A DNA stretch of 64,000 bases from Candidatus Bathyarchaeia archaeon (GTDB lineage: Archaea; Thermoproteota; Bathyarchaeia; Bathyarchaeales; Bathycorpusculaceae). The stretch spans positions 96,001-160,000 of the forward strand of contig JAVZLM010000003.1 of the NCBI GenBank assembly GCA_038883775.1, given 5' to 3'. Below, one piece after another: positions 49,066-58,133 of this stretch. Both the position numbers and the translations under genes were made by a program. The notes beneath the pieces are model-generated. The model ran no database searches. It had not been told where the DNA came from and was given only the letters and a program-made list of their open reading frames with translations. Within the stretch, counting starts at the first letter, position 1. Every line of letters starts with the position of its first letter.

Positions 49066-52000
49066 ATTTTTTCACCTCCTTCTTTCATTTTTGGCTGGAT
49101 CGGAACGGTTACCGTGAAGGTTGTGCCCTTTCCAAGATCACTTTTTACAGAAATTGAGCCGCCATGGGCTTCTACGAAACGTTTGCATATGGCTAAGCCA
49201 AAGCCCATTCCCTTGGCTTTTGTTGTGAAGAGGGGTGTCCACAGTTTCTCTAAAGTTTGCTTTGGCATGCCGACACCAGTGTCAGTGAAAACCATCTCCA
49301 AATTTTCGCCTACTGCTCTGCTTTTTATGGTTATTTTACCGCCTTTTGGCATAGCTTCAATAGCATTCCTAATCAAGTTTACAAAAACCCTCCTTATCTT
49401 TTCAGTGTCAACCCTAATTTTAGGTTTGTTTTTTGTCAAATCCAATACTTGGACATTTTTCGGAATTTTCACAAGCCCTAAAGCCTCTTTCACCAACGTC
49501 TTTGGAGTGCTTTCAGAAATTTCAAGCTCTATCTCCCTTGAATAATCCAAAAGGTCATTTATTATCTTGTTTGAGTAGGCTATGTTCCTTTCTATTAGGT
49601 CAAGCATGTCCCTAATCTTGTCATTAGCCTCTAGGCTTAAACGCTTCTTCAAATAATATTGCGCCCCAGCAATGCTTGTTAATGGATTGCGAAGGTCATG
49701 CCCCACCATGCCAGCCAATTCGCCAATAACAGCCAACCTTTGGGCTTTAAGCAGTTGTTCTTGAGACTTCTTCAGCTCACGAGTGCGTTCCTCAACTTTT
49801 TGTTCAAGCTGTGAAGCATACATCTCAAGCTGTTTTCTAGCTTCTCTTAGGCTTTCAATGAGTTGGGCGTTTTCAATGATTATTGCAGCTTGGTGCAGGA
49901 AAAGCTCTAAGGGAACGAGAGATTCTCTTGTCGGTTTTCGACCATCCACTGGGTCGTCCATGCTTAGAATGCCAACAATCCTACCCTCTGGAGTGCGAAG
50001 TGGCGCATAAAGCATGTCCTGTGGGTGCCAGTCAACCATGTTATCCTCAGAAAGACGGCTTGGGACAGCATCTATGTGCTTTATTGCTTCTTCTGTTGGC
50101 ATATCTGGTGGAACATGGAAGAAGTGCTCCCTAGCCCACGGATCCCTCCACGGTATGTAGTAGAATTCGCCAATCTTGTATTTCTCAAACTTTGGTCCCA
50201 GGCTTTCCTTCCAAACCTGTCCTGAAACTTTTCTCTCCTTAAGGAGTTTAATTTCTTCCCTTGTTAGGCCTACTGTAATAAGTTCTTTTCTTTCAAGGTT
50301 TTCGTCTACGCGGCCTATTACTACTCTTCTCCATCCAAAATTTTGTATGGTCTTCGCTATTATTTTCAGTTTTTGATGCATATTTTTGGCATGCATGATT
50401 TCAGTTGAGCTTTTCATTAAATTGGTTATTTTTTTGGAGAGAATCATTAGTCTGTCACGTCTTTTTAGATTGCTTATGGCTGTGGCCGCATGCGAAGCCA
50501 ACGTTTCTAATAGTTTCTCGTCTTCCTTATCAAATGCTGCAATTTTTTTACTCTCAACGTTTAAAACTCCTATAACATTCTTTCCCACTTTTATTGGAAC
50601 CGCAAGTTCCGAACGTACTTTCTCTCCACCTCTAACGTAGGTTTTTTCCTTTCTGACATCTGGGACGATGACGGACCGCTTCGTTCTTGCTGCTCTGACG
50701 GTTATGCCTCTTTCTCCATCTAGGGGTAATTTAAGTGATGGAACTTTTGAGTATCCTCTGTAAGCTACCATGCAAAGCATTTTTCCCTTTACAATGAGAA
50801 TGGAAGCGTACTCGAATCCTAACGTTTTTTCCATAGCATCTAAAGTTAGCTTGTAAATTTCATCCATACTTTTTGCCATATTTAGGTTTCTGCCATATTC
50901 ATTTAATGCGGACAATATTTCTCGCCTTTTTAGGTTGCTTAGGGCTATAGCAGCATGAGAAGCCAATATTTCTAATAATTTCCTATCTTCTTTGTCAAAG
51001 GCTGAAAGCTTTCTGCTTTCAACATTCAAAACTCCTAAAACATTCTTTCCAACCTTTATTGGCACTGCAAGTTCTGATAGTACACCTTCTGAACCTTCGC
51101 CGATGAAAGCCTTTTCTTTTCTTACGTCTGGAACTAAAATGGACTTTTTGGTTCTTGCCGCCTTTACGGTTACACCTCTTTCTCCATCCAATGGCAGTTT
51201 TAATGACAGAACTTTTGAGTATCCCCTATGGGCTTTTAGGCAGAGCATTTTTCCTTCTATTATGAAGATGTCAGCGAATTCGAATCCCAATGTTTTTTCC
51301 ATGGCATCCATTGTTAACTTATAAATTTCTTCCATGCTTTTTGCCATGTTCAAGCTTTGGCCGTACTTGTTAAGTGCGGAGAGTCTTTCTTCGAAACGTT
51401 TTCTTTCATTTTCTATTTTTTTCTTTTCTGTTATGTCAAGCAACTGTGCTATGCTGCGTAGTTTGCCACTTTTATCCCGTATTACTGCAGCTTTAATCTC
51501 AACGTTTCTTTTCTCGCCGTCTTTTCGAACTATCTTAAACTCATATCTTGGAGGGATGCACTCCCCCCTCCTTCTTCGAAGATATCTTTCTTCGACAAGT
51601 TTTCTGCTTTCTTCGTCGAGGAAATTCCTAAAGTCTTGTCCAACAATTTCCTCTTTTGGATAACCACTTAAGGCGACAGCCTCATTGTTGGCGTAGATTA
51701 TCTTAAACTTTTCATCTATTAGGAGTATAGTATTGTGGGAGTTTTCAACAATGGAGCGGAAGAGTTCCTCGCTGTTTTTTAGGGCTTCCTCCATCTTCTT
51801 TTGTTCAGTGATGTCTATGGCTATTCCATACTTAACATACTTGTTTTCCAGCCACCTTATGGCTTTGCATGTTACCTTATACCACTTTTTGTTCTTTTGA
51901 TCTTGGTAGTTACGAGTGTAGACTTTTCCAAGGTTTTCTCCGAGGACGTGCTTATTATTGCATGAAGGGCATGGCTGGTTTAGGTTTTCAAAAACCCTAT

Positions 52001-52184
52001 AACATTTTTCGCCTACAATCTCCTGACCGAAAAGCTCTCTGGTTTTGCTATTGGCAAAAAGTACCTCAAACGTTTCTGGATCTATAACATAAACTGCTTC
52101 TTCCATTCCATCGCTAAGGGCGCTCAAACTTTCAAGAACATGTCTAAGCTTTTCTTTAGCGTCCTTTTTCATATCGTAACGCAT
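49017..52184 (-). CDS. Cytoplasmic PAS-PAS-GAF-GAF histidine kinase
   Basis: H-box HDLRNPL, N-box NLIRNA, DTGVG, FTTK..GMGFGL; no TM segment. Confidence 0.93.
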   Translation of the reverse strand: MRYDMKKDAKEKLRHVLESLSALSDGMEEAVYVIDPETFEVLFANSKTRELFGQEIVGEKCYRVFENLNQPCPSCNNKHVLGENLGKVYTRNYQDQKNKKWYKVTCKAIRWLENKYVKYGIAIDITEQKKMEEALKNSEELFRSIVENSHNTILLIDEKFKIIYANNEAVALSGYPKEEIVGQDFRNFLDEESRKLVEERYLRRRRGECIPPRYEFKIVRKDGEKRNVEIKAAVIRDKSGKLRSIAQLLDITEKKKIENERKRFEERLSALNKYGQSLNMAKSMEEIYKLTMDAMEKTLGFEFADIFIIEGKMLCLKAHRGYSKVLSLKLPLDGERGVTVKAARTKKSILVPDVRKEKAFIGEGSEGVLSELAVPIKVGKNVLGVLNVESRKLSAFDKEDRKLLEILASHAAIALSNLKRREILSALNEYGRNLNMAKSMDEIYKLTLDAMEKTLGFEYASILIVKGKMLCMVAYRGYSKVPSLKLPLDGERGITVRAARTKRSVIVPDVRKEKTYVRGGEKVRSELAVPIKVGKNVIGVLNVESKKIAAFDKEDEKLLETLASHAATAISNLKRRDRLMILSKKITNLMKSSTEIMHAKNMHQKLKIIAKTIQNFGWRRVVIGRVDENLERKELITVGLTREEIKLLKERKVSGQVWKESLGPKFEKYKIGEFYYIPWRDPWAREHFFHVPPDMPTEEAIKHIDAVPSRLSEDNMVDWHPQDMLYAPLRTPEGRIVGILSMDDPVDGRKPTRESLVPLELFLHQAAIIIENAQLIESLREARKQLEMYASQLEQKVEERTRELKKSQEQLLKAQRLAVIGELAGMVGHDLRNPLTSIAGAQYYLKKRLSLEANDKIRDMLDLIERNIAYSNKIINDLLDYSREIELEISESTPKTLVKEALGLVKIPKNVQVLDLTKNKPKIRVDTEKIRRVFVNLIRNAIEAMPKGGKITIKSRAVGENLEMVFTDTGVGMPKQTLEKLWTPLFTTKAKGMGFGLAICKRFVEAHGGSISVKSDLGKGTTFTVTVPIQPKMKEGGEKIWMKPLESSLLTTTKT
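50457..51383 (-). repeat. Tandem intragenic duplication of a GAF domain (about 460 bp x2)
   Basis: Two highly similar units LSALN.YG..LNMAKSM.EIYKLT.DAMEKTLGFE...LASHAA.A.SNLKRR. Confidence 0.85.
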
Positions 52185-52501
52185 TCTCCTTTAACCACTA
52201 TTCGCTTCTTCAAATTGTCAACACATTGCAAAAAATCCAAGCCTTCCATTTCTTCAAATTTTAAGCCAAGCTTTTCGTAAAGTCGCTTCACAATAAGCAT
52301 TTCAAGGTATGAGGCGCCAGGTCCAAAGATTCCTTCCAAGGCTTTTGTAAACTCTGTTAGGTTTGTTGGAATCTTTTCCCTTTTTAGGTTGAAGGAAGCC
52401 TCTAAATGGAAGAAAATAGCCTGTTTGGGAGAATCTCCCAAGAGGGATAGGCTCTCTTCAAGGGCTGATAAAAAGATTTTGCTAAAGTTATTTTGAGTCA
52501 A
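52169..52501 (-). CDS. NitrOD5/DUF3227-like small signalling protein
   Basis: ALEESLSLLG...AIFFHLE...F...LEGIFGPGA..LE..IV..LYEKLG. Confidence 0.65.
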   Translation of the reverse strand: MTQNNFSKIFLSALEESLSLLGDSPKQAIFFHLEASFNLKREKIPTNLTEFTKALEGIFGPGASYLEMLIVKRLYEKLGLKFEEMEGLDFLQCVDNLKKRIVVKGECVTI

Positions 52502-52607
52502 AGGGTTTTCCCTCGAGGGATGAATAGGTTTAAAAAGAGATTCATGATGCTTTGATAAAATATTTGTGAACTCTGAATCTGAATTTGAAACCCGACAGCT
52601 TTTGTCA

Positions 52608-52940
52608 TTAAACTTTCTTTTTCTGGAAGCTCTCTTTTGCTGCAGTTACATAATCAAGAAACACGAGTTCTTTGCTTTCGTTCCATTTTAGTGGTTGCCC
52701 AATCTTCTCATACAACTTTTTCATTATTAGAATTTCTATAAAATGGGCACCTAAACCAAAAATTTTTTCGAGTCCATCCGTAAACTCTTCGAGACGATTT
52801 GGAATTTCCTTTTTCGTTATTTTAAATTTGTCTTCAAGGTGATAATAAATTGCTTGTCTAACTGATTCTCCAAGGGAGGCTAAGGCTTCGTCTACGGCTT
52901 CTAGCAAAAGGGTTTCGAAGGCTTCTCTTTTCCTCTTCAA
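52608..52940 (-). CDS. NitrOD5/DUF3227-like small signalling protein (paralogue)
   Basis: AVDEALASLG...AIYYHLE...F..GLEKIFGLGA..IE..IM..LYEKIG. Confidence 0.65.
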   Translation of the reverse strand: MKRKREAFETLLLEAVDEALASLGESVRQAIYYHLEDKFKITKKEIPNRLEEFTDGLEKIFGLGAHFIEILIMKKLYEKIGQPLKWNESKELVFLDYVTAAKESFQKKKV

Positions 52941-53079
52941 TGAGGGGGCTCCTTTTTGGAGAATATTTGTTAACGAGACTTATATGATAATAAAAGGATT
53001 TTTGATTTTTAAATTTAATTATTGATTTCGCTGATTTCGGGTTTAAATCTGATTCAAAATTGGAATTAGACAAAAATTT

Positions 53080-53262
53080 TTAAATTAATTGTTTGCCCAG
53101 CCTATGCATTCTTTCCGTTATGAGGCTTAGTTCTTTTGCATAGTCCATTAAAGCCATCCGTAAGGTTTCGCTTTCGCTTGTTCCAAGACGCCTTGCAAGT
53201 TCGGTTAGGATTTCTTTTTGTTCTTTGCTTAAGACAACTTTCACTATGCATTTTCTGGGCAT
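53080..53262 (-). CDS. CopG-like ribbon-helix-helix regulator
   Basis: VKVVLS...L.ELARRLGTSESETLRMAL; divergent from the virion operon. Confidence 0.8.
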   Translation of the reverse strand: MPRKCIVKVVLSKEQKEILTELARRLGTSESETLRMALMDYAKELSLITERMHRLGKQLI

Positions 53263-53377
53263 CCAACCACTCCCTCAGCCCCTCCTGTTGGTGCTTTTGT
53301 GGGCGTTTTGGTTGTACAATTTGCCTTTTCATTTTCTTCGTATATTAGTTTGGTGTTAGTTGTGTGAGGTTTGCGAA

Positions 53378-54541
53378 ATGCCTTGGGAAATAACCGACCA
53401 GTATATTCGCAGCGGACACCGCAACCCAGAAGAGTTTGAACAAAACAGTTTACGCACAATCACGCTTAGTGAGGATGATGGGATTAAGGCTGTTGTCGGC
53501 AAGCCGAAGGGCAACGAAGGGATGGCTGTTCAAAGCTACCTGTTTGAAATTGCCAAGGGCTGGACCCTTGAAAAAGCTAAGGCATGGTTTGAAAGACATC
53601 AGAAAGGCGAGGACTCTTTCGCCATCAAGGTTTTGGAAAAAATCGTTGACAAACCATTAAAGATTCGCGGCATTGCGCTTAGGGCTGGCATGAGCCGAAA
53701 CCTTAACATTTACACCCCTGAAGAGTTACAGGCCTTTGCTAAGAAGCTTGTTTCTGCGCCCGTTTATGTTGAGCATGTGACTGTTCCAAACGCTGTTGGA
53801 AAAATTGTTAAGGCTGAATGGGATGGCACCAACCTTTGGTATGAAGCCGAAATCTATGATGATGAGATAGCTGAGAAAATTCGCAAAGGCTTAATTGGGC
53901 ATGTAAGCGTAGGCGCAGACTATGAAACCATAGACTTCGTGGATGGAAAAATTCCCCATGGTTTACACAATGCAGAACTAAGCCTTGTAGCTGTGCCAGG
54001 CGTTCCAGAAACAAACATCCAAATCATGGAAAAGCTAAAGCTTAAAGAACAAGAGTTCGAACCCATAATTTCCGGCGAGTATATCCTTGGCTTTTATCAA
54101 GACGTTTCCGCTTTCTTGCCCGAACATTTTAGCACCGTGTGGCTTGACAAAGAAAATGGCATCCTAGCCCTAATCGGAAGATTACGGGCTGAGCCTGAAA
54201 CTCGGAGGGTTCAGAGCATATTCTTCGCTAAAGAGAAGATGTGGAATATAAACAAGATTCGAGATTGGCTTCTTCTGCATCCACATTATATGGCTTCGGC
54301 GGGTACTTCAGCACCTCTACAGACTCCGCTGAAAGAGCCTAAAAATGAGGTTAAAGTTGCCGAAAGTCTCGTAAAAAATTCTAGGGCTATGATACCAGTA
54401 GAAGAAGCCATACGCATGATTCAGAACGTTTTGCCAAGCCCGATGGTGGAGCGAAGCTGGGGTTTGGGTCCGCAGAGGCTTTGCCAAGAACTCCGCGGTG
54501 TCATATTAAACCTTCGTAGGAGGGTGAAATCTGATGGTTAA
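53378..54541 (+). CDS. HK97-type prohead maturation protease flanked by two copies of an unknown domain
   Basis: VYVEH...VGK, GHVSVG, ELSLVAVP; ATG 53378 after GAGGT. Confidence 0.85.
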   Translation: MPWEITDQYIRSGHRNPEEFEQNSLRTITLSEDDGIKAVVGKPKGNEGMAVQSYLFEIAKGWTLEKAKAWFERHQKGEDSFAIKVLEKIVDKPLKIRGIALRAGMSRNLNIYTPEELQAFAKKLVSAPVYVEHVTVPNAVGKIVKAEWDGTNLWYEAEIYDDEIAEKIRKGLIGHVSVGADYETIDFVDGKIPHGLHNAELSLVAVPGVPETNIQIMEKLKLKEQEFEPIISGEYILGFYQDVSAFLPEHFSTVWLDKENGILALIGRLRAEPETRRVQSIFFAKEKMWNINKIRDWLLLHPHYMASAGTSAPLQTPLKEPKNEVKVAESLVKNSRAMIPVEEAIRMIQNVLPSPMVERSWGLGPQRLCQELRGVILNLRRRVKSDG

Positions 54542-54615
54542 AAGTGGAAGTATAGTTTTTGGAGTAAGCCAGGATGAACTGGCTGAAACAAATATGGATT
54601 TGAGGAGTGATTTTT

Positions 54616-55047
54616 ATGGCAGATAACACTGGAAAAACTTGGATGAGCATTGGCGAAACAGACGACCCAAACGCCATAATCGAAACTTTCGTGGCTAACG
54701 CAGCCATAACCAAAGGCGACCCAGTTTACTTAAGCGCTGACGACAAGGTTAGCCCAGCCACAGCAGCCCAAGACTGCATTGGAATAGCCCTAAAAAGTGC
54801 TGCTCAAGGCGACCCTTGTCCAGTCTTGATTCGTGGAAGGGTTAAGGTGAAGGTTGGTGGAGCAGTAACTCGTGGAAAGGCAGTTTATGGCGCTGACTCT
54901 TCAAAAAGAATTCTTCAACTAACAGACCAGTCCGTAAATGAGGGTGGAACAGCCCAATACACCATTTACTATGCCAGAAAATTGGGAGTAGCCCTTGAAT
55001 CCGCTTCGGCTGCAGACGACCTAATCTTCATTTATGTGGAAAGGTGA
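54616..55047 (+). CDS. Capsid decoration/cement protein (DUF2190-like)
   Basis: AAITKGDPV...IGIAL.SAA.GD...V...G and GAVTRG..V...LGVALE duplicated beta motif; sits between protease and capsid. Confidence 0.75.
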   Translation: MADNTGKTWMSIGETDDPNAIIETFVANAAITKGDPVYLSADDKVSPATAAQDCIGIALKSAAQGDPCPVLIRGRVKVKVGGAVTRGKAVYGADSSKRILQLTDQSVNEGGTAQYTIYYARKLGVALESASAADDLIFIYVER

Positions 55048-55052
55048 TTGCT

Positions 55053-56006
55053 ATGCGACCAAAACTTTTTGAAAGCCTCATACACTCCGACCCAGAATTT
55101 AGGCAGCTTATGGAAGAATTAAAGCATAAGGCGGTTACGCATCCCTTTCTCAAGCGTTACTGTGAAGTCGGCATTAAAGAACAGTTGTTCAGCGACATGA
55201 CCGGCGCCTTGGGACGCATGCACGACACCCTTGTTGAAGCGGCAAACCCTGAAATGATAGGTAGAGAAATCATAACAGTTAAACCAACAACAGAAGCCAT
55301 GGAGCGCTTTCCGCTTGATGAGAAGACTATTGCGTATCGTTATGCCGAAGGCGCCTATACCAGGCTTAGCGGCAAGAAAATCAGCACGGTTGACGTTTAC
55401 ACAAATATTATTGCTGAAGCCTCTGAAGAGTGGACGAGGGAGTTTTTGGAAGATGCCACATGGAACGTTATGGAAAGCATGACCGAAAAGGTTGGAAGAG
55501 CCCTGGGCGAGGCGGAAACAAACAAAATACTAGAATTGTACGGCTCTATTGCAAATGCGGATTTGGCTGGCGGAGCTCCCATAGACAATGGTGGAAACGC
55601 CATAAACTGGTCCGGCGTGCTAAAACTTCATAACGCTGTTAGAGGCGAAAATTGGCGCCCAACAGTTTTAGCCGTTAACGAAATCCAATTGCACCAGCTT
55701 TTAAGCGACGACAAATTCATCCATGCCCAATACTTACCCTCAGAACAAGTGGACTTAGAGCGTGGCGTTATCGGCAGCGTCCTCGGAATGAAGGTTTTAG
55801 CCAGCACTTTGGTGCCTAACGGAACAGCCTACGCCATAGACACCCGTGTGGCTGCGGTTATGCTCTTGCGAAGAGACATAACCGTCGAAGACTGGGAAGA
55901 CCCAAAAAGTGGCAAGTTCGGCGTTAGAGCAACAACACGATTCGGCTTAGGCGTCCTAAGAAGCAAGGCAGTTGCAAAAATGGTCAACATAAGCACTTCG
56001 CTGTAA
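55053..56006 (+). CDS. HK97-fold major capsid protein
   Basis: AEG E-loop, TREFLEDA.W, spine helix, GVIGSVLGMKVLAS..VP.GTAY.ID, RFGLGV...AV. Confidence 0.88.
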   Translation: MRPKLFESLIHSDPEFRQLMEELKHKAVTHPFLKRYCEVGIKEQLFSDMTGALGRMHDTLVEAANPEMIGREIITVKPTTEAMERFPLDEKTIAYRYAEGAYTRLSGKKISTVDVYTNIIAEASEEWTREFLEDATWNVMESMTEKVGRALGEAETNKILELYGSIANADLAGGAPIDNGGNAINWSGVLKLHNAVRGENWRPTVLAVNEIQLHQLLSDDKFIHAQYLPSEQVDLERGVIGSVLGMKVLASTLVPNGTAYAIDTRVAAVMLLRRDITVEDWEDPKSGKFGVRATTRFGLGVLRSKAVAKMVNISTSL

Positions 56007-56034
56007 CCATAAAAGCGAATAAGGCTAGGTTAAA

Positions 56035-56289
56035 ATGTTAAAGTTTGAAGGCAAATGCCCTTCCTGCGGAAAAACGCATTATTCAAACCGCAAGGATGAC
56101 ATTGTTGTCTGCGACTGCTATAGGCTTTGTCCATTATGCGGAGCTGAAATGGAGCCTTACCCTTCAGACTTAGCACCCAACACTTATGCGGCGGATGGCA
56201 AAAGAGACTTAGCCATTCTAATGGTTTGTTCCCACCATTCTCCCCCATTTTTTAGCACCAGAAAACCTGTGGAGGTTGTTTGCACATGA
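56035..56289 (+). CDS. Small Cys-rich zinc-finger protein
   Basis: CPSC...CDC...CPLC...CSHH. Confidence 0.7.
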   Translation: MLKFEGKCPSCGKTHYSNRKDDIVVCDCYRLCPLCGAEMEPYPSDLAPNTYAADGKRDLAILMVCSHHSPPFFSTRKPVEVVCT

Positions 56290-56528
56290 GAAATTTGCGG
56301 GATAGATTACATTTAGCCAAAACAGTATTAAAGGAGCTTAGTAGGCAGCCACTTTGCAGAACAGAGCTTGAGAAGAGAACTGTTAAAAAGTTTGGAACCC
56401 ACGCCACTTTTGAAGGCATATTCCACTATCTTGTTCAGAATGGTTATGTGCAGAAGAGCGAGCAGAAGCATCGGGCTCCTTACGTGATTACTGAGAAAGG
56501 TGTTAAACTTTTGGAGGGGTTGGAGTGA
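56286..56528 (+). CDS. Winged-helix DNA-binding protein
   Basis: YLVQNGYV...YVITEKG..LL; ATGA overlap with the upstream gene. Confidence 0.75.
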   Translation: MRNLRDRLHLAKTVLKELSRQPLCRTELEKRTVKKFGTHATFEGIFHYLVQNGYVQKSEQKHRAPYVITEKGVKLLEGLE

Positions 56529-57742
56529 ACAAAATTTTGAAGCGTCTAATTGAGGCTTTTTCACTTAAAGCCCGAAGCGGTTACACTTATCCGCAATCAT
56601 CAACTGTTTATGAAACTCCAAGCATACCGCTTAGCGACGTGATAAAGCTTTATGAGCGAGACCCCACATGTAAGGCAAGCGTTGACTTGTTGGCTGCATC
56701 CGCCGTTGGCATGGGCTTTTACACGACTGTTAATGAGGCGTATGAGCGGGCTGAAGAAGCGAAAAGGGTTGTGGACAAGTTTAACGAAAATGTTAATTTG
56801 GATGCGCTTCTCTGCGACATGGCGCGAATCTTAATTGCTTGTGGAAACGAGTTTTGGCTTAAGATTACTCCTGAACGCCTAACGGAACTGCATAGGCTTC
56901 CAGTGGACGCTGTGGAACGCATTGAACAAACCTACATTCAAGATGGCGCATTAAGGCTTCCCTACAAGGTTGAAGGCTATAAGCTTAGGCAAAGTTACGG
57001 CGGCGAAAGCCTAAAGCCCGAAGCCATAATCCACTGGAGAATAAACCATATTGGCTTTTCAAGTTTCGGAACAGGCGTCTTACAAGTGCTCTTGCACTCG
57101 CTTACGTTTCAGTCTGATAGGCGTCCAGCCTATGCTTGGATGAAAGCAAAAATTGAGCGGATAATGCCAAAAATTTTTGAAAAGTATGCGGGACCAGACG
57201 TTTTGGCTCTGCTGGAAAGGGCGGACGAAGCAACAATCCAAAAGTTTGAGAAAGCCATAAAAAGCCGAGGCGAAGAAGGCGCCTGGCTTTTCTACAGCGG
57301 AAAAGGAGACATAAAACCGTTAACGCTTGACCCGAGAGCCCGCTTCGAATACTACATTGAGCACATAATAAACCAGTTCTATCTTGGCTGCGAAACGCCA
57401 CTACCACGCCTTTTCAGTACGCCGGGCTTTACTGAAGCCTCTGCCAAAGCAGCCCTAGACCTCCAAAGCATGCTCATCAAGCCTATTCAGCGATACATTA
57501 AGCGGCAAGTTGAACGCGAAATCTTTAACCCAGTTTTGGCTCAAGCCGGCTTAAACCCTGCTGAGGCGCAGGTTCGCTTAAACTGGGGAAGTGAGAAGGT
57601 GCCTGAAATTGTTATGGCTGACATGCTTAAGGCTGCAGAGTTGGGACTTATTCGTCAAGAAGAGTTTCGCAAGAACGCTGTGAAATTTGGTTGGCAGCTT
57701 TGGGAAATGCCTGAAACCTCCATGGAAAGCGCCACAAAATGA
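56525..57742 (+). CDS. Phage portal protein
   Basis: YERDP..KASVD..A...VG.G, GNEFW, IIHWR......FG; about 400 aa; module context. Confidence 0.82.
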   Translation: MNKILKRLIEAFSLKARSGYTYPQSSTVYETPSIPLSDVIKLYERDPTCKASVDLLAASAVGMGFYTTVNEAYERAEEAKRVVDKFNENVNLDALLCDMARILIACGNEFWLKITPERLTELHRLPVDAVERIEQTYIQDGALRLPYKVEGYKLRQSYGGESLKPEAIIHWRINHIGFSSFGTGVLQVLLHSLTFQSDRRPAYAWMKAKIERIMPKIFEKYAGPDVLALLERADEATIQKFEKAIKSRGEEGAWLFYSGKGDIKPLTLDPRARFEYYIEHIINQFYLGCETPLPRLFSTPGFTEASAKAALDLQSMLIKPIQRYIKRQVEREIFNPVLAQAGLNPAEAQVRLNWGSEKVPEIVMADMLKAAELGLIRQEEFRKNAVKFGWQLWEMPETSMESATK

Positions 57743-57837
57743 AGCTCTTTTTCTCCTTTCTCCTCACGGATTCAAATATCGTATGCGCTTTCTGGAGGCG
57801 GGAAACAAATTAAAAGCCTAAAAAGGGAGGTGAAAGA

Positions 57838-58077
57838 ATGAATGTGTTAAACATAGGCTTGGGAGTTTGCGCCGCCCTAATCTACGCTTTCTTGGGGTAT
57901 GCAGCACAAGATAAACCATTCAATTGGAATAAGTTTCTGCGAACCGTTGCCATCGGCACATTTTCAGCCCTTGGGTTGGATATGACTGGATTGACCTTCG
58001 ACGTTTACACAGCCTTGGTTGGTCCAACAGCCATAACGGTTTGGTTGCAGAAACTTGTTGACACCGCAAAGCCCTAA
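57838..58077 (+). CDS. Small multi-TM protein, holin-like
   Basis: 79 aa, 2-3 TMs, PFNWNKFLRT amphipathic loop, strong RBS GGGAGGTG. Confidence 0.5.
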   Translation: MNVLNIGLGVCAALIYAFLGYAAQDKPFNWNKFLRTVAIGTFSALGLDMTGLTFDVYTALVGPTAITVWLQKLVDTAKP

Positions 58078-58080
58078 CGG

Positions 58081-58092
58081 CCTCTTTTTTTT
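58081..58092 (+). terminator. Oligo-T archaeal terminator candidate
   Basis: CCTCTTTTTTTT directly after the holin-like stop. Confidence 0.45.
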
Positions 58093-58133
58093 AAATTGGA
58101 TTTCCGCAAGTTATAAAAGCTGAATCAAAGAAA

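Noticed and set aside
54525-54600. Hammerhead ribozyme or C/D box RNA (CTGATGG...GAAAC)
   Set aside because: The core deviates from CUGAUGA and the required stems cannot be built. The GGATGAAC shared with the 10388 hairpin has a different loop register and may be chance.
55053-56006. Capsid gene as an encapsulin nanocompartment
   Set aside because: Portal, maturation protease, decoration and head-tail genes accompany it; encapsulin loci lack these.
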